Shown here: positions 38,006-47,629 of the stretch, piece by piece
Layout: each line of letters opens with the position of its first letter
How positions within the stretch are numbered: the first letter of the stretch is position 1
Origin: an uncultured Candidatus Saccharibacteria bacterium
GTDB taxonomy: Bacteria > Patescibacteriota > Minisyncoccia > UBA6257
Reading direction: 5' to 3'
DNA: 64,000 nt
Assembly: GCA_964479005.1 (NCBI GenBank)
Contig: CAYZJA010000001.1
Span: forward strand, 80,642-144,641
The notes under the pieces: generated by a model
Databases searched by the model: none
Told to the model about the DNA's origin: nothing
Seen by the model: only the letters and a program-made list of their open reading frames with translations
Position numbers and translations under genes: made by a program

Positions 38006-38010
38006 GGGCA

Positions 38011-39195
38011 TTGAAGATATTTATGAAGTCCATTAGATCTGCAAATATTTTGGGTCAGCTTGTTTTAATGAGAGTGGATTTTAATATTCCTGTTAAAAAT
38101 GGCAAGGTTTTAGATGATTTTCGTATTCAGCGCGTTTTACCGACCATTCAATTCTTAAGAGATAAAAAAGCGAAAAAGATTATCTTAATTTCTCATTTAG
38201 GTCAGCCAGATGCTAAAGACAGAGATAAACCAGAATTTAGTTTAGCTCCAATCGCGAGTCATTTAGAAAAATTAATTGGGGAAAGTGTATATTTTACAGC
38301 AATGTTAATTGGAAAAGGTCTAAAACAAGAAATTGAAAATCTACCAGATGGTTCCATAATTCTTTTAGAGAACATTCGCTTTTATAAAGAAGAGAATCAG
38401 AATAATAAAAATTTTGCTAAACAATTAGCAAAAATAGCTGATATTTTTATTAATGAAGCTTTTTCAGTTTGTCATCGCAAGATAGCTTCTTTATGCGCAA
38501 TAACAGAGTTCCTGCCTTCTTATGCAGGAATTTTGCTTGGAGAAGAGTTGGTTAATTTAAATAAACTTATTCAAAAACCGCAACATCCTTTAGTTGTAAT
38601 TTTGGGCGGAGTTAAAATAAAAGACAAAATATCTGTTATAGAGAAATTTAAGAATAAAGCTGATTTCATTTTATTAGGCGGAGTTATGGCTAATACGTTT
38701 TTAAAGGCAAATGATTTTTCTATTGGTAAGTCACTTCATGATGAAGAATCTTTTACACAAGTGAAAGATTTAAACATTGGAAAAACAGAGTTGATTTTAC
38801 CTGGTGACTTTGTGGTTTTAGATAAAAATAATCAAAAACAAATAAGAGAATTGGGGAAAATAGCTGAAAATGATAAAATTCTTGATATTGGGCCAATAGC
38901 TTGTGATACTTTTTCTAAAATTATTTCTAAAGCAAAAACAGTATTTTTTAATGGTCCTATGGGGAAATTTGAAGATAAAAGATTTTCTGATGGAACCAAT
39001 AAGATTATTAATGCAGTTATTGAAAATAAATTAGCTTTTTCAGCAATAGGCGGAGGAGAAACTATTGCCTGTTTTAGATTTTTTAATTCCAAATTCCAAA
39101 TTCCAAATTCTATATTCTTATCAACGGGCGGTGGGGCAATGCTTAAATATCTTGCTGGCGAATCTTTACCCGGCTTAGTAGCACTAAATAAATAA
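38011..39195 (+). CDS. pgk: phosphoglycerate kinase
   Basis: LMRVDFNIPVKNGKVLDDFRIQ...LENIRFY...VMANTFL...GGGA. Confidence 0.9.
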   Translation: MKIFMKSIRSANILGQLVLMRVDFNIPVKNGKVLDDFRIQRVLPTIQFLRDKKAKKIILISHLGQPDAKDRDKPEFSLAPIASHLEKLIGESVYFTAMLIGKGLKQEIENLPDGSIILLENIRFYKEENQNNKNFAKQLAKIADIFINEAFSVCHRKIASLCAITEFLPSYAGILLGEELVNLNKLIQKPQHPLVVILGGVKIKDKISVIEKFKNKADFILLGGVMANTFLKANDFSIGKSLHDEESFTQVKDLNIGKTELILPGDFVVLDKNNQKQIRELGKIAENDKILDIGPIACDTFSKIISKAKTVFFNGPMGKFEDKRFSDGTNKIINAVIENKLAFSAIGGGETIACFRFFNSKFQIPNSIFLSTGGGAMLKYLAGESLPGLVALNK

Positions 39196-39203
39196 CAATA
39201 AAA

Positions 39204-40043
39204 ATGTCTGATATTATAGTTTTTTATCATAAAAATTGTCAAGATGGACTTGCTTCTGCTTGGGTGGCTTGGAAAAAATTTAAAAATAAAGCAGAATACA
39301 TAGCATTAAATTATCAAGATCCTTTTGATTATAATGTTAAAGGAAAAAAGATTTATTTTCTGGATGTAATTCCGAATAGAAAGATTTTAGAAAAACTGAA
39401 AAAAAGTGGTTGTGAAATTGTTATTATAGATCATCATTTAAGCGCTAAAAAGAACTTAGATTTAGCATCTCCTGGTTCGTTTATTATTAGGCTTGATATG
39501 AGGCGTTCGGCAGCGGTTTTAACTTGGAAATACTTCTTTCCAAGGAAGAAAATTCCGAAGATATTGCTTTATGTAGAAGATATGGATTTATGGAACAATA
39601 AAAAGCGATTTAGCCGTGAAATTGTAGCATCTATAAGTTTATCAGACTTTGATTCTAAAAAGTGGGATAAATTAGTTGATGATATTGAGGATAATAAAAA
39701 AAGAAAAAAATACATATTAAGAGGAAAAGAGATTGTTAAACATGAAGATGAAATGATAAAAGAGATTGTGCAAAAGGCAAAAAAGATTAAAATGGGGAAA
39801 ATAAAAACCTTAGTCGTTAATTCTTCAGTCTTAATTTCTCAGATAGGGGGTGTTTTAATAAAACAATTGCCTCCAATGGCAATAATATGGTTTGAGGCAG
39901 GAGATTTTAAAAGAATATCTTTGCGCTCTAATGGGGAGGTCGATGTTTCAAAAATAGCAGAAAAATATGGCGGCGGAGGGCATAAACGTGCAGCAGGTTT
40001 TGCTATTAAATCAAAAGATCCTTTTCCGTGGGAAAAGAATTAA
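39204..40043 (+). CDS. DHH-family phosphoesterase (NrnA-like oligoribonuclease / pAp phosphatase)
   Basis: DHH motif VIIDHH; DHHA1 GGGHKRAAGF. Confidence 0.7.
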   Translation: MSDIIVFYHKNCQDGLASAWVAWKKFKNKAEYIALNYQDPFDYNVKGKKIYFLDVIPNRKILEKLKKSGCEIVIIDHHLSAKKNLDLASPGSFIIRLDMRRSAAVLTWKYFFPRKKIPKILLYVEDMDLWNNKKRFSREIVASISLSDFDSKKWDKLVDDIEDNKKRKKYILRGKEIVKHEDEMIKEIVQKAKKIKMGKIKTLVVNSSVLISQIGGVLIKQLPPMAIIWFEAGDFKRISLRSNGEVDVSKIAEKYGGGGHKRAAGFAIKSKDPFPWEKN

Positions 40044-40047
40044 TTTT

Positions 40048-40485
40048 ATGAAAGAAAAAATAGATAATAAATTGGAAGTTTATACTGATGGAGGAGCAAG
40101 AAATAATCCCGGACCAGCAGGAATCGGGGTTGTTATTGGTGATAAAGAATACGCTGAATATATAGGCAAAGCGACTAATAATATAGCTGAGTATAAGGCG
40201 GTTATTTTTGCTTTAAAAAAAACCAAACATTTATTAGGAAAATCAAAGCTTAAAAACACCGAGGTAATTGTTAATATTGATTCGTTATTAGTAGTAAACC
40301 AACTAAATGGGGAATATAAGATTTTAGAAAAAGAACTTCAACTGCTTTTTATGGAAATATGGAATTTAAAATTTAATTTCCCCTATTTAAGATTCAATTA
40401 TATACCAAGAGAAGAAAACAAAAAGGCTGATCATTTAGTTAATCAGGCTATTGATACACGCAGCCAAAACACATTAAATTTGTAA
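40048..40485 (+). CDS. rnhA: ribonuclease HI; start moved to ATG 40048 because ORF 39967 overlaps the DHH gene
   Basis: LEVYTDGGARNNPGPAGIGVVI...E...D...HLVNQ catalytic DEDD pattern. Confidence 0.8.
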   Translation: MKEKIDNKLEVYTDGGARNNPGPAGIGVVIGDKEYAEYIGKATNNIAEYKAVIFALKKTKHLLGKSKLKNTEVIVNIDSLLVVNQLNGEYKILEKELQLLFMEIWNLKFNFPYLRFNYIPREENKKADHLVNQAIDTRSQNTLNL

Positions 40486-40489
40486 AAAA

Positions 40490-40518
40490 AATCGTCCCGT
40501 TTAGCGAGACGATTTTTA
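40490..40518 (+). terminator. intrinsic terminator after rnhA
   Basis: aatcgtcccgtttagcgagacgattttt. Confidence 0.55.
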
Positions 40519-40526
40519 TCTATTGA

Positions 40527-40943
40527 CGATTGAACCTATAAGCCGAATTCTGTATCCTGTTAAACAGGACGATAGTCATTTATCTAGCCCTGAAATTACT
40601 CTCAGGGTCAAGCGGCCACTTTCTGACAAATGTCAGAACACGAGCCTTGCACCCAGTAAGGATTTAGCCGTTTCATTCTTGAAATTGCTTTCAAGACTCA
40701 CCCTAATTAAAAAATAATTAGGGTGTTTTGAACTTTTCAGTTCAAAACGTCTCTGTTCGCACCTCTATTCCAGTTGTAAATCCGTCATTAGCGTTACCGC
40801 TAAGAGGCAAAAACTGGAGCGATAGCTGTTAGCTATTACCTTTTACCAACTTTGTTTTAGGCAAAATTGGTGGTGTTCGGACTTTCCTCCCCGCCTAAGT
40901 TTTGCGAACAAAATTTTGGCGGGGTAACTACCCAGTTCAATCG
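40527..40943 (-). ncRNA. rnpB: RNase P RNA (bacterial type A-like)
   Basis: Minus strand reads CGAUUGAAC (P1)...UUACCCCGCC-loop-GGCGGGG (P3)...AGGAAAGUCCGAACACC (P4 5' strand)...AGGGUGA...ACAGAAUUCGGCUUAUAGG (P4 3' strand)...GUUCAAUCG (P1). Confidence 0.85.
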
Positions 40944-41011
40944 AGAATTATTATACACCTTTTTTTTGATTAATTCAAGGATTTATAGTAAGATAAAAAA
41001 AACAAGGAATA

Positions 41012-42703
41012 ATGATGAAAAATAAAAAAGTTCTGTTTATTTTTATATTAAGCTTATCACTTGTAGGTTTAATTTTTTTTGCCGGGCAGAAAATAGTTAA
41101 ATATAACAATACCAGTAAACAAATTATCAGTTTTTTAAGAGAAAATAATCTAGAAAAAGCAGTTAATTTAATTAACAATAAACCAGTTCTTAATGAAAAC
41201 TTTTCTTTTTTGCCTGTAATTGGGCAGGGGATTGAATTAAGACGATGCTTAGAAAGGATTGATAATAATTTAAAAGAAATAAATAGCGGATTTTTACTTG
41301 CTTCAATGTTCCAACAAGATAAAGATTCATTGTTTTTTCTGCAAGGAATCTATAAAGATTTAGATTATTTGAATAGATACAATATAGATTATATAAACAA
41401 CCAAAAACACTATTTAGAAAATTGGCTTTTGTTTTTTGGAGATAATAAGCCAAAGAATTATCTTGTTTTATTTCAGGAAACAGCGATACCAAGGCCTACA
41501 GGTGGTTTCATTGGGGCTTATGTGATTTTATCTTTTAATGAAGGAAAGATAGAATTTTCAGGAAATAATATTTTTGCTTTGGAGGAAACTTTTTTAGAGA
41601 AGATTATTCCGCCTGACCCCTTGCAATCTATTAGTGATAAATGGTTTTTTCATGACAGCAATTGGTTTTTTGATTATCCTTCCAGCGGACAAAAAATATT
41701 AAATTTTTATTCAAATACAGGAAATAAGCCCTTATTGGACGGAGTGATAGTTGTTAATTCTTCTGTCTTAAACAATCTTTTAGAAGTTATTGGACCAATA
41801 AGAGTTGATAATTACGATTCAATTATTGATCAAAGTAATTTTTATTCTTTTTTTAAAGACCAAATTCAAGAAGGAGCTAAACCTGCTCCTATGCGCGAAC
41901 AATCGGAGTTTTTTTCAGTATTTTTTCAAGCTTTGCAAACAAAATTGAGAAAGGTTTCTCCTCAAGTGCTTTCCCAGATTCCAGATATTTTAACAAATAA
42001 TTTTACAAAAAAGGAGATTCAACTTTATGTTATTGATGACAAATTGGAATATTTTTTCGATTCTTTAAATTGGACGGGGAAAATAGAAGAAAGCAAAGAT
42101 GATTACCTGGGAGTTTCTTTTAATCTTCTTAATCAGAATTTTTCTGAGGATATAAGAGGCAAAACAATAGAGTTAAAAACCGAGTTTGTTTCTAATGGGC
42201 AAATAATAAATACTTTAATAATCGATGTTCCTTCCCATTATTCTATGGATAGAACTCAGGAAACTTATCTAAAAATTTATCTTCCTAAAGGAATAATAAT
42301 TGAAAAGGCAGAAAACGGTTATTTAAAAAATAATAAAGATATTTCCTCGTATTATAAAAAATTAGGATACAAAGAGGACGATGATTTGTTTTTAATAGAG
42401 AAAACGAAAATAAGAAATGATAGTCTCGGAATTGAAATTTATGAGGAAGGAGGAAAAACAGTGGTTGGTACTTGGACAAAATTATCAATAAAACCTTTTA
42501 GGCTGGTTTATAAATTGCCTTTTGATTGGACTGATTTTTCGTCATGGGAATTAAAAATCCAAAAACAAAGTGGGCAGAATGTAAAATTTTCTTATCAATT
42601 TGCTATGCCTGATAATGTGAAAATTATTCCCACCCTTTTCCCTTTTAATAAATTTGTTTCATTGGAAAAAGATATGGTTCTTGAATTTGAAAGAGAATAT
42701 TAA
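41012..42703 (+). CDS. membrane-anchored extracytoplasmic protein (DUF4012-like), unknown function
   Basis: N-terminal TM; 563 aa; weak recollection of the DUF4012 RPTGGF region. Confidence 0.35.
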   Translation: MMKNKKVLFIFILSLSLVGLIFFAGQKIVKYNNTSKQIISFLRENNLEKAVNLINNKPVLNENFSFLPVIGQGIELRRCLERIDNNLKEINSGFLLASMFQQDKDSLFFLQGIYKDLDYLNRYNIDYINNQKHYLENWLLFFGDNKPKNYLVLFQETAIPRPTGGFIGAYVILSFNEGKIEFSGNNIFALEETFLEKIIPPDPLQSISDKWFFHDSNWFFDYPSSGQKILNFYSNTGNKPLLDGVIVVNSSVLNNLLEVIGPIRVDNYDSIIDQSNFYSFFKDQIQEGAKPAPMREQSEFFSVFFQALQTKLRKVSPQVLSQIPDILTNNFTKKEIQLYVIDDKLEYFFDSLNWTGKIEESKDDYLGVSFNLLNQNFSEDIRGKTIELKTEFVSNGQIINTLIIDVPSHYSMDRTQETYLKIYLPKGIIIEKAENGYLKNNKDISSYYKKLGYKEDDDLFLIEKTKIRNDSLGIEIYEEGGKTVVGTWTKLSIKPFRLVYKLPFDWTDFSSWELKIQKQSGQNVKFSYQFAMPDNVKIIPTLFPFNKFVSLEKDMVLEFEREY

Positions 42704-42714
42704 TTAAATTTACA

Positions 42715-44310
42715 ATGGCTAGTTTTAGAAAAATATTAAACCATAAATCTGAAACAATTTTTGGTGCTGCAATGCTAATGAGCAGTTTGACATTGTTTGG
42801 CGCTTTTTTGGGTATTTTGAGAAACGCACTTTTGGCTAGCCGCTTTGGAGCTTCTGGAAATTTAGATATCTATTATGCTTCTTTCCGTTTGCCTGATATG
42901 ATCTATAATATTTTTATTATGGGCGCTATTTCTGCTGCTTTCATTCCTGTTTTTAGCCAGTACTGGGCAAAAGATGAAAAAAAAGCATGGCAATTTTCTA
43001 ATGCCATCCTTTTAATTATTGGTTCTTTTGTTGGGACATTAGCTCTATTAGTCGCGATATTTACAAAGCCTCTTTTATCCCGCCTTTTAGTGGGCTTTAG
43101 TCCTGATCAATTAGCAATAGCTGTTACCTTGACAAGAATTATGATGATTCAGCCTATCTTAATGGGAATTTCTTCTGTTGCTGCGAGTATTTTAAAAATA
43201 TTTAAATTATTTTTAGCCAGCGCCTTGGCGCCCTTAGTTTATAATTTAGGAATAATAATCGGCATTCTTTTTTTAGTTCCATCAATGGGCTTAAAAGGAT
43301 TAGCATGGGGAGTGGTTTTAGGGGCTTTATTGCATGTTTTAGTCCAAATTCCAGTCCTTTTTGGAACAGGTTATAAATTTACTTTTAATTTCTCTATTTT
43401 TAGGGAGTTAGATAATGGTCTAAAAAAAGTGGTTTTAATGATGGTTCCTCGTTCCTTAGGGATTATTGCTTATCAGGTTTTTCTTTTGGGTATTACTGCC
43501 ATAGCCAGTATGTTAAGAGAGGGAAGTATTGCTGTATTTAATTTTGCTAACGATATTCAGAATTTGCCTCAAACAGTTTTTGCATTGTCTTTTGCTGTTG
43601 CCGCTTTTCCAAGTTTATCAAAGTTAAACGTTGAAAAAAGATATAAAGATTTTGTTAAAACTTCTTTTGATACTCTTCTACAAATTTTCTTTTTCCTTAT
43701 CCCTATAGCTGTTTGGTTTTTCATTTTCCGCGAACCTATTATTCGATTTTTATTGGGGTATGGAAAATTTGATTGGACTTCTACGGTGAAAACGATACAA
43801 GTTTTTTCGGTTCTTTCTTTTGGAATGATTTTTCAAGGTGTTAACGCTTTTCTCTTGAGAGTATTTTTTGCAAAAGGAGATGCTTTAAAGCCATTTATTG
43901 CCAGTGTGATTTCTTATTCAACAGGATTCTTTTTGTGCTATAAATTAGGAATATCTTTTGGAGTAGTTGGTCTAGCCATTGCAGTAGCAATTACCTATCT
44001 TTTTTATTTTCTTATTCTTTTTCTTTTATTAAAAGCATATGTTCCTATTTCTTTATTGAAAAAGTTTTATTATTCTTTAGGGAAAATAACCATTGTTTCT
44101 CTATCAAGCGGAATAGTGGCTTATTTATTCTTTGCTTTTCTTAAGGGAATCTTTTCTATAGATAAAGTAATCAATTTGGCATTGTGCGCTTGCGTCGCTT
44201 TTATAATTTCTTTTGCCGTGTTTGTAGTTCTTTGTAATTGGTTTAAGATTAAAGAAATAGATGAATTAAAAAGAGTTGTTCTTCAAAAAATATATGGAGC
44301 AAAAGAATAA
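42715..44310 (+). CDS. murJ: lipid II flippase MurJ (MviN)
   Basis: LGILRNALLASRFGASGNLDIYYASFRLPDMIYNIF; 14 TM. Confidence 0.9.
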   Translation: MASFRKILNHKSETIFGAAMLMSSLTLFGAFLGILRNALLASRFGASGNLDIYYASFRLPDMIYNIFIMGAISAAFIPVFSQYWAKDEKKAWQFSNAILLIIGSFVGTLALLVAIFTKPLLSRLLVGFSPDQLAIAVTLTRIMMIQPILMGISSVAASILKIFKLFLASALAPLVYNLGIIIGILFLVPSMGLKGLAWGVVLGALLHVLVQIPVLFGTGYKFTFNFSIFRELDNGLKKVVLMMVPRSLGIIAYQVFLLGITAIASMLREGSIAVFNFANDIQNLPQTVFALSFAVAAFPSLSKLNVEKRYKDFVKTSFDTLLQIFFFLIPIAVWFFIFREPIIRFLLGYGKFDWTSTVKTIQVFSVLSFGMIFQGVNAFLLRVFFAKGDALKPFIASVISYSTGFFLCYKLGISFGVVGLAIAVAITYLFYFLILFLLLKAYVPISLLKKFYYSLGKITIVSLSSGIVAYLFFAFLKGIFSIDKVINLALCACVAFIISFAVFVVLCNWFKIKEIDELKRVVLQKIYGAKE

Positions 44311-46081
44311 GAATATTAGAAATTTTGTTATAATTGCGCATATAGATCATGGTAAGTCTACTTTGGCTGATAGATTTTTGGAAATAACAAATACTATTTC
44401 CCAGAATAAACTAACACCACAATACTTGGATGGGATGGCTTTAGAAAAAGAACACGGGATTACTATTAAAATGCATCCTGTTCAGATGAATTATAATGGT
44501 TTTATTTTAAATCTTATCGATACTCCCGGTCATGTAGATTTTACTTATGAAGTTTCCCGCGCTTTAGCTGCTGTAGAAGGGGCTATATTATTAGTTGATG
44601 GTATTCAAGGGATTCAAGCGCAGACACTTTCTAATCTCCAATTAGCTAAGGAGCAAAAATTGAAAATTATTGGCGCTATTAATAAGATTGATTTAGATAT
44701 TCATGATTTAGAAAACAGGAAAAAAGAACTAGCAGATTTATTAAATATAACAAGTGATGATATTATTCTTGTTTCTGCTAAGACAGGTGAAAATGTGGAT
44801 TTATTATTGAAAAAAATCATTTCTGAGATTCCTGAACCAGTTATTAATGAAAAATTACCTTTTCGCGCTTTAATTTTTGATTCCCATTATGATTATTATA
44901 AAGGAGTAATAGCTTATGTTCGCGTTGTAGAAGGTGAAATTAAAAAAAGGGAAAAGATTATTTTTGCTGCAAGTAAAACAAAAGGTGATATTGTAGATTT
45001 GGGTTATTTTGCTCCAGAATTAAGACCAAAGGAAAGCTTGAAATCTGGAGAAATAGGATGGATAGCCACTGGTTTAAAAAATCCAGGATTAGTGAGAGTG
45101 GGTGATACAATAACCAAAAAACTGCCAATAGAGATTTTGCCAGGATATAAAGAACCAAAACCAATGGTATTTGCCGGTTTCTATTTGGCTAAAGGTGGTC
45201 AGGATTTTGAGAATTTTCGTTATTCTTTATCCCAATTAAAATTAAATGATTCTGCTATCTATTTTATTCCCGAAAATTCGGAAGTATTGGGAAGAGGTTA
45301 TCGTTTAGGATTTTTAGGAATGTTGCACTTAAAAATTACACAAGAGCGGCTTAAAGATGAATATGGGTTAGATTTGATTATTACTCATCCCACTGTACCG
45401 TACAAAGTTTTGTTAAAAGGCGATAAGGCGCCAAAGATTATTACTAATCCAAGTAAATGGCCACTTTCAGATGAAATTCTTTATTGTGAAGAACCTTGGG
45501 CAAAAATGGAAATTATCACACCTTTAGAATATTTATCAGTAATTTTGAAACTTATTAACGACTCTCGTGGTCAGGATATAAATACGCTTAGTCTTTCAGA
45601 TAGGCTGATAATTACTTGCCAGATTCCTTTAGAAGAGGTCATCAAAGATTTTTATGATAATTTAAAATCTATCTCTTCGGGATATGCTTCTTTAAATTAT
45701 GAAATATCTGGATATAAAAAGACTCAATTAGAAAAATTGGAAGTAATTTTAGCGGGAAAAACATTCCAAAGTTTGTCTAGAATAATTTTTGAAAAAAAGG
45801 CAGAAAAGGAAGCTAGGAGTTTGGCCTTAAAACTTAAAAAGATTCTATTACGCCAGAATTATCCAGTTTCTATTCAGGTAAGAGCGTTTGGGAGAATTGT
45901 TGCCAGGGAAACTTTATCAGCGTTAAAAAAGGATGTGACGGCAGGCCTTTATGGAGGCGATAGAACAAGAAAGATAAAAGTTTTGAAAAGACAACAAAAA
46001 GGAAAAAAAAGATTGTTGGATAAAGCTAATCTTCAGGTTCCCCCAGAAGTTTTTCTTAAGATTTTTTCTAAATCCGATTAA
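44294..46081 (+). CDS. lepA: elongation factor 4 (LepA)
   Basis: IRNFVIIAHIDHGKSTLADRFLEIT...DTPGHVDFTYEV...NKIDL; LepA C-terminal domain. Confidence 0.95.
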   Translation: MEQKNKNIRNFVIIAHIDHGKSTLADRFLEITNTISQNKLTPQYLDGMALEKEHGITIKMHPVQMNYNGFILNLIDTPGHVDFTYEVSRALAAVEGAILLVDGIQGIQAQTLSNLQLAKEQKLKIIGAINKIDLDIHDLENRKKELADLLNITSDDIILVSAKTGENVDLLLKKIISEIPEPVINEKLPFRALIFDSHYDYYKGVIAYVRVVEGEIKKREKIIFAASKTKGDIVDLGYFAPELRPKESLKSGEIGWIATGLKNPGLVRVGDTITKKLPIEILPGYKEPKPMVFAGFYLAKGGQDFENFRYSLSQLKLNDSAIYFIPENSEVLGRGYRLGFLGMLHLKITQERLKDEYGLDLIITHPTVPYKVLLKGDKAPKIITNPSKWPLSDEILYCEEPWAKMEIITPLEYLSVILKLINDSRGQDINTLSLSDRLIITCQIPLEEVIKDFYDNLKSISSGYASLNYEISGYKKTQLEKLEVILAGKTFQSLSRIIFEKKAEKEARSLALKLKKILLRQNYPVSIQVRAFGRIVARETLSALKKDVTAGLYGGDRTRKIKVLKRQQKGKKRLLDKANLQVPPEVFLKIFSKSD

Positions 46082-46090
46082 AATTAAAAT

Positions 46091-46483
46091 ATGAAAAAAT
46101 TATTATTGATTATAATTAGTTTAGCTCTTATTCTTCTCTTTTCATCAAGGATTAGGGAGGATTTGCAGACATATCGATTATTAACTGATGAAGTAAAAAG
46201 CCTAGAGCAAACAAAAGGCAATATTGAAAAAGAGAGGGAAAAGACTGAGCAACTTTTGGAAAAGGAAAAGCAAGAAGAGACACTTGAGCAGGCAGCGCGT
46301 TTAATGTTAGGACTTAAAAAAAGCGGGGAAGAAGTTATAATGATTTTACCTCCTAAAAATTCTTCTGATTCCGAACTTCAAATTAGTACTTCTTCTGATG
46401 TTTTACCTGAAAAATCTTTTAATTCCTTTTTTTCCAAAATTTCTCAAATTTGGTATAATTTAATAAGAAAATTAAAAAAATAG
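46091..46483 (+). CDS. FtsB/DivIC-like septum formation initiator (TM + coiled coil)
   Basis: TM anchor, coiled coil, then EQAARLMLGLKKSGEEVIMI like the FtsB C-terminal motif. Confidence 0.4.
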   Translation: MKKLLLIIISLALILLFSSRIREDLQTYRLLTDEVKSLEQTKGNIEKEREKTEQLLEKEKQEETLEQAARLMLGLKKSGEEVIMILPPKNSSDSELQISTSSDVLPEKSFNSFFSKISQIWYNLIRKLKK

Positions 46484-46488
46484 ACGTT

Positions 46489-46695
46489 GCGGGCATCGTA
46501 TAGTGGCAGTACGTAACCTTCCCAAGCCCCCACACCAAACGAGTATCATTGCGAGATTAGTATAGTGGTAGTACATCACCTTCCCAAGGTGAAGGTGCCG
46601 GTCCGATTCCGGTATCTCGCTCCGTTTAAAATTTAAAATACTCGTTGTGGTGTGGGGGCAAGGTTAAAGTGTGGGTTCGATTCCCATTGTCCGCT
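46489..46695 (+). tRNA. tRNA-Gly(CCC) gene interrupted in the anticodon loop by a 136-nt insert (5' half 46489-46525, 3' half 46662-46695)
   Basis: GCGGGCA-TC-GTAT-AGTGGCA-GTAC-G-TAACC-TTCCCAA // GGTTA-AAGT-GTGGG-TTCGATT-CCCAT-TGTCCGC-T. All stems pair. The junction is ambiguous across a 3-nt AAG direct repeat. Confidence 0.6.
46551..46621 (+). tRNA. second tRNA-Gly(CCC)-like gene nested inside the insert; atypical T-loop TCCGATT
   Basis: GCGAGAT-TA-GTAT-AGTGGTA-GTAC-A-TCACC-TTCCCAA-GGTGA-AGGT-GCCGG-TCCGATT-CCGGT-ATCTCGC-T. Flanked by 20-bp inverted repeats at 46527-46546 and 46638-46658. Confidence 0.6.
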
Positions 46696-46778
46696 CAAAT
46701 TATTTTTTCGTTACTATCCAAAAAGATTGACGAAGTTTCAAGTGCAATATGGTTTTGTATAATCTTTTTACATTGCTC

Positions 46779-46807
46779 TTGACAAATAGTTTTACATCGC
46801 ATATACT
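46779..46807 (+). promoter_or_regulatory. sigma70-like promoter TTGACA-N17-TATACT, with a second TGTATAAT -10 at 46757-46764, for the accessory operon
   Basis: cttgacaaatagttttacatcgcatatact. Confidence 0.55.
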
Positions 46808-46848
46808 GGAGTTAGGTCGTAATAATTAACTATTTCATCACCAAAGCT

Positions 46849-47136
46849 ATGGCTACAAAAAAATTTAGTCCAACAAGAACAATAACGCAAAAAAACCTCG
46901 AAAATGTACCTGGCGACAAGCCAGGTGTCTATCGCATCAAAAACGCGTCAAATGATATTCTTTACATAGGTAAAGCAAAAGGAGGTAGATTAGATGACAG
47001 AATCGCTGAACATAAAGGACAATTCCAAGGTGGAACGAAATTCCAGTATAGATTAACTCACAGCAAAGATGCCGCCGAGCGATTAGAGCGTAAAGAAATT
47101 CGTGAATGGAAACCGCCTAGAAATAAAGATAAATAA
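46849..47136 (+). CDS. small stand-alone GIY-YIG nuclease-domain protein
   Basis: KPGVYRIKNASNDILYIGKAKGGRLDDRIAEH...ERKEIREWKPPRN has GIY/YIG, Arg and Glu positions. Confidence 0.6.
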   Translation: MATKKFSPTRTITQKNLENVPGDKPGVYRIKNASNDILYIGKAKGGRLDDRIAEHKGQFQGGTKFQYRLTHSKDAAERLERKEIREWKPPRNKDK

Positions 47137-47139
47137 TTT

Positions 47140-47625
47140 ATGCCCTCTTCGTTAAAAACATACGCGAGCATAGAAGACATCAATAGAATTTATATGAGGG
47201 CTAATGCGCATAGTCTTACCGAAAGAATTAATAAGGATAGTGGTCTTGAACAAGATGTTTTATACATAGAAGCCTTTTTATTGCAAGCAACGTTATTGGA
47301 AGGCGTTCTTGTTAATCTTGGTCTAAGATTATTAGAAAGCAAAAAAGAATTAACTGGGCTTAAAGGTAAAAGATACGTTAAATATGGTTATGATAATGCG
47401 ATCAATGATTTATATTTAATGAATGCGATAAAAACAAAAGAGTTTAATTTATTAGAGAAATATAAATCAAAAAGAAATAAGTATATTCATAATCTATTGT
47501 CAAAAAATACGGAGTGTATAGAAAATGAGGTTTTGGATATTCATAATCAGTATAAAGATTTTGTTTGGAAAATGATAAAAAAATTGGGGAGATTAGAGAA
47601 AAAAAGATTAAGTAAAAAAAAATAA
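47140..47625 (+). CDS. HEPN-like hypothetical protein (RNxxxH motif)
   Basis: KRNKYIHNLL matches Rx4H in a helical context; no other homology recognised. Confidence 0.3.
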   Translation: MPSSLKTYASIEDINRIYMRANAHSLTERINKDSGLEQDVLYIEAFLLQATLLEGVLVNLGLRLLESKKELTGLKGKRYVKYGYDNAINDLYLMNAIKTKEFNLLEKYKSKRNKYIHNLLSKNTECIENEVLDIHNQYKDFVWKMIKKLGRLEKKRLSKKK

Positions 47626-47629
47626 AACT

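Noticed and set aside
40523-40717. Plus-strand ORF (64 aa) in the supplied track
   Set aside because: Lies entirely within the minus-strand RNase P RNA gene (40527-40943), whose conserved P4 and P1 elements are unmistakable. No RBS. Treated as spurious.
46526-46661. Group I intron in the tRNA-Gly anticodon loop
   Set aside because: The insert is only 136 nt and is mostly occupied by a tRNA-like fold plus a 20-bp inverted repeat. It has no room for P3-P9 group I core elements. Kept as an unexplained insert instead.
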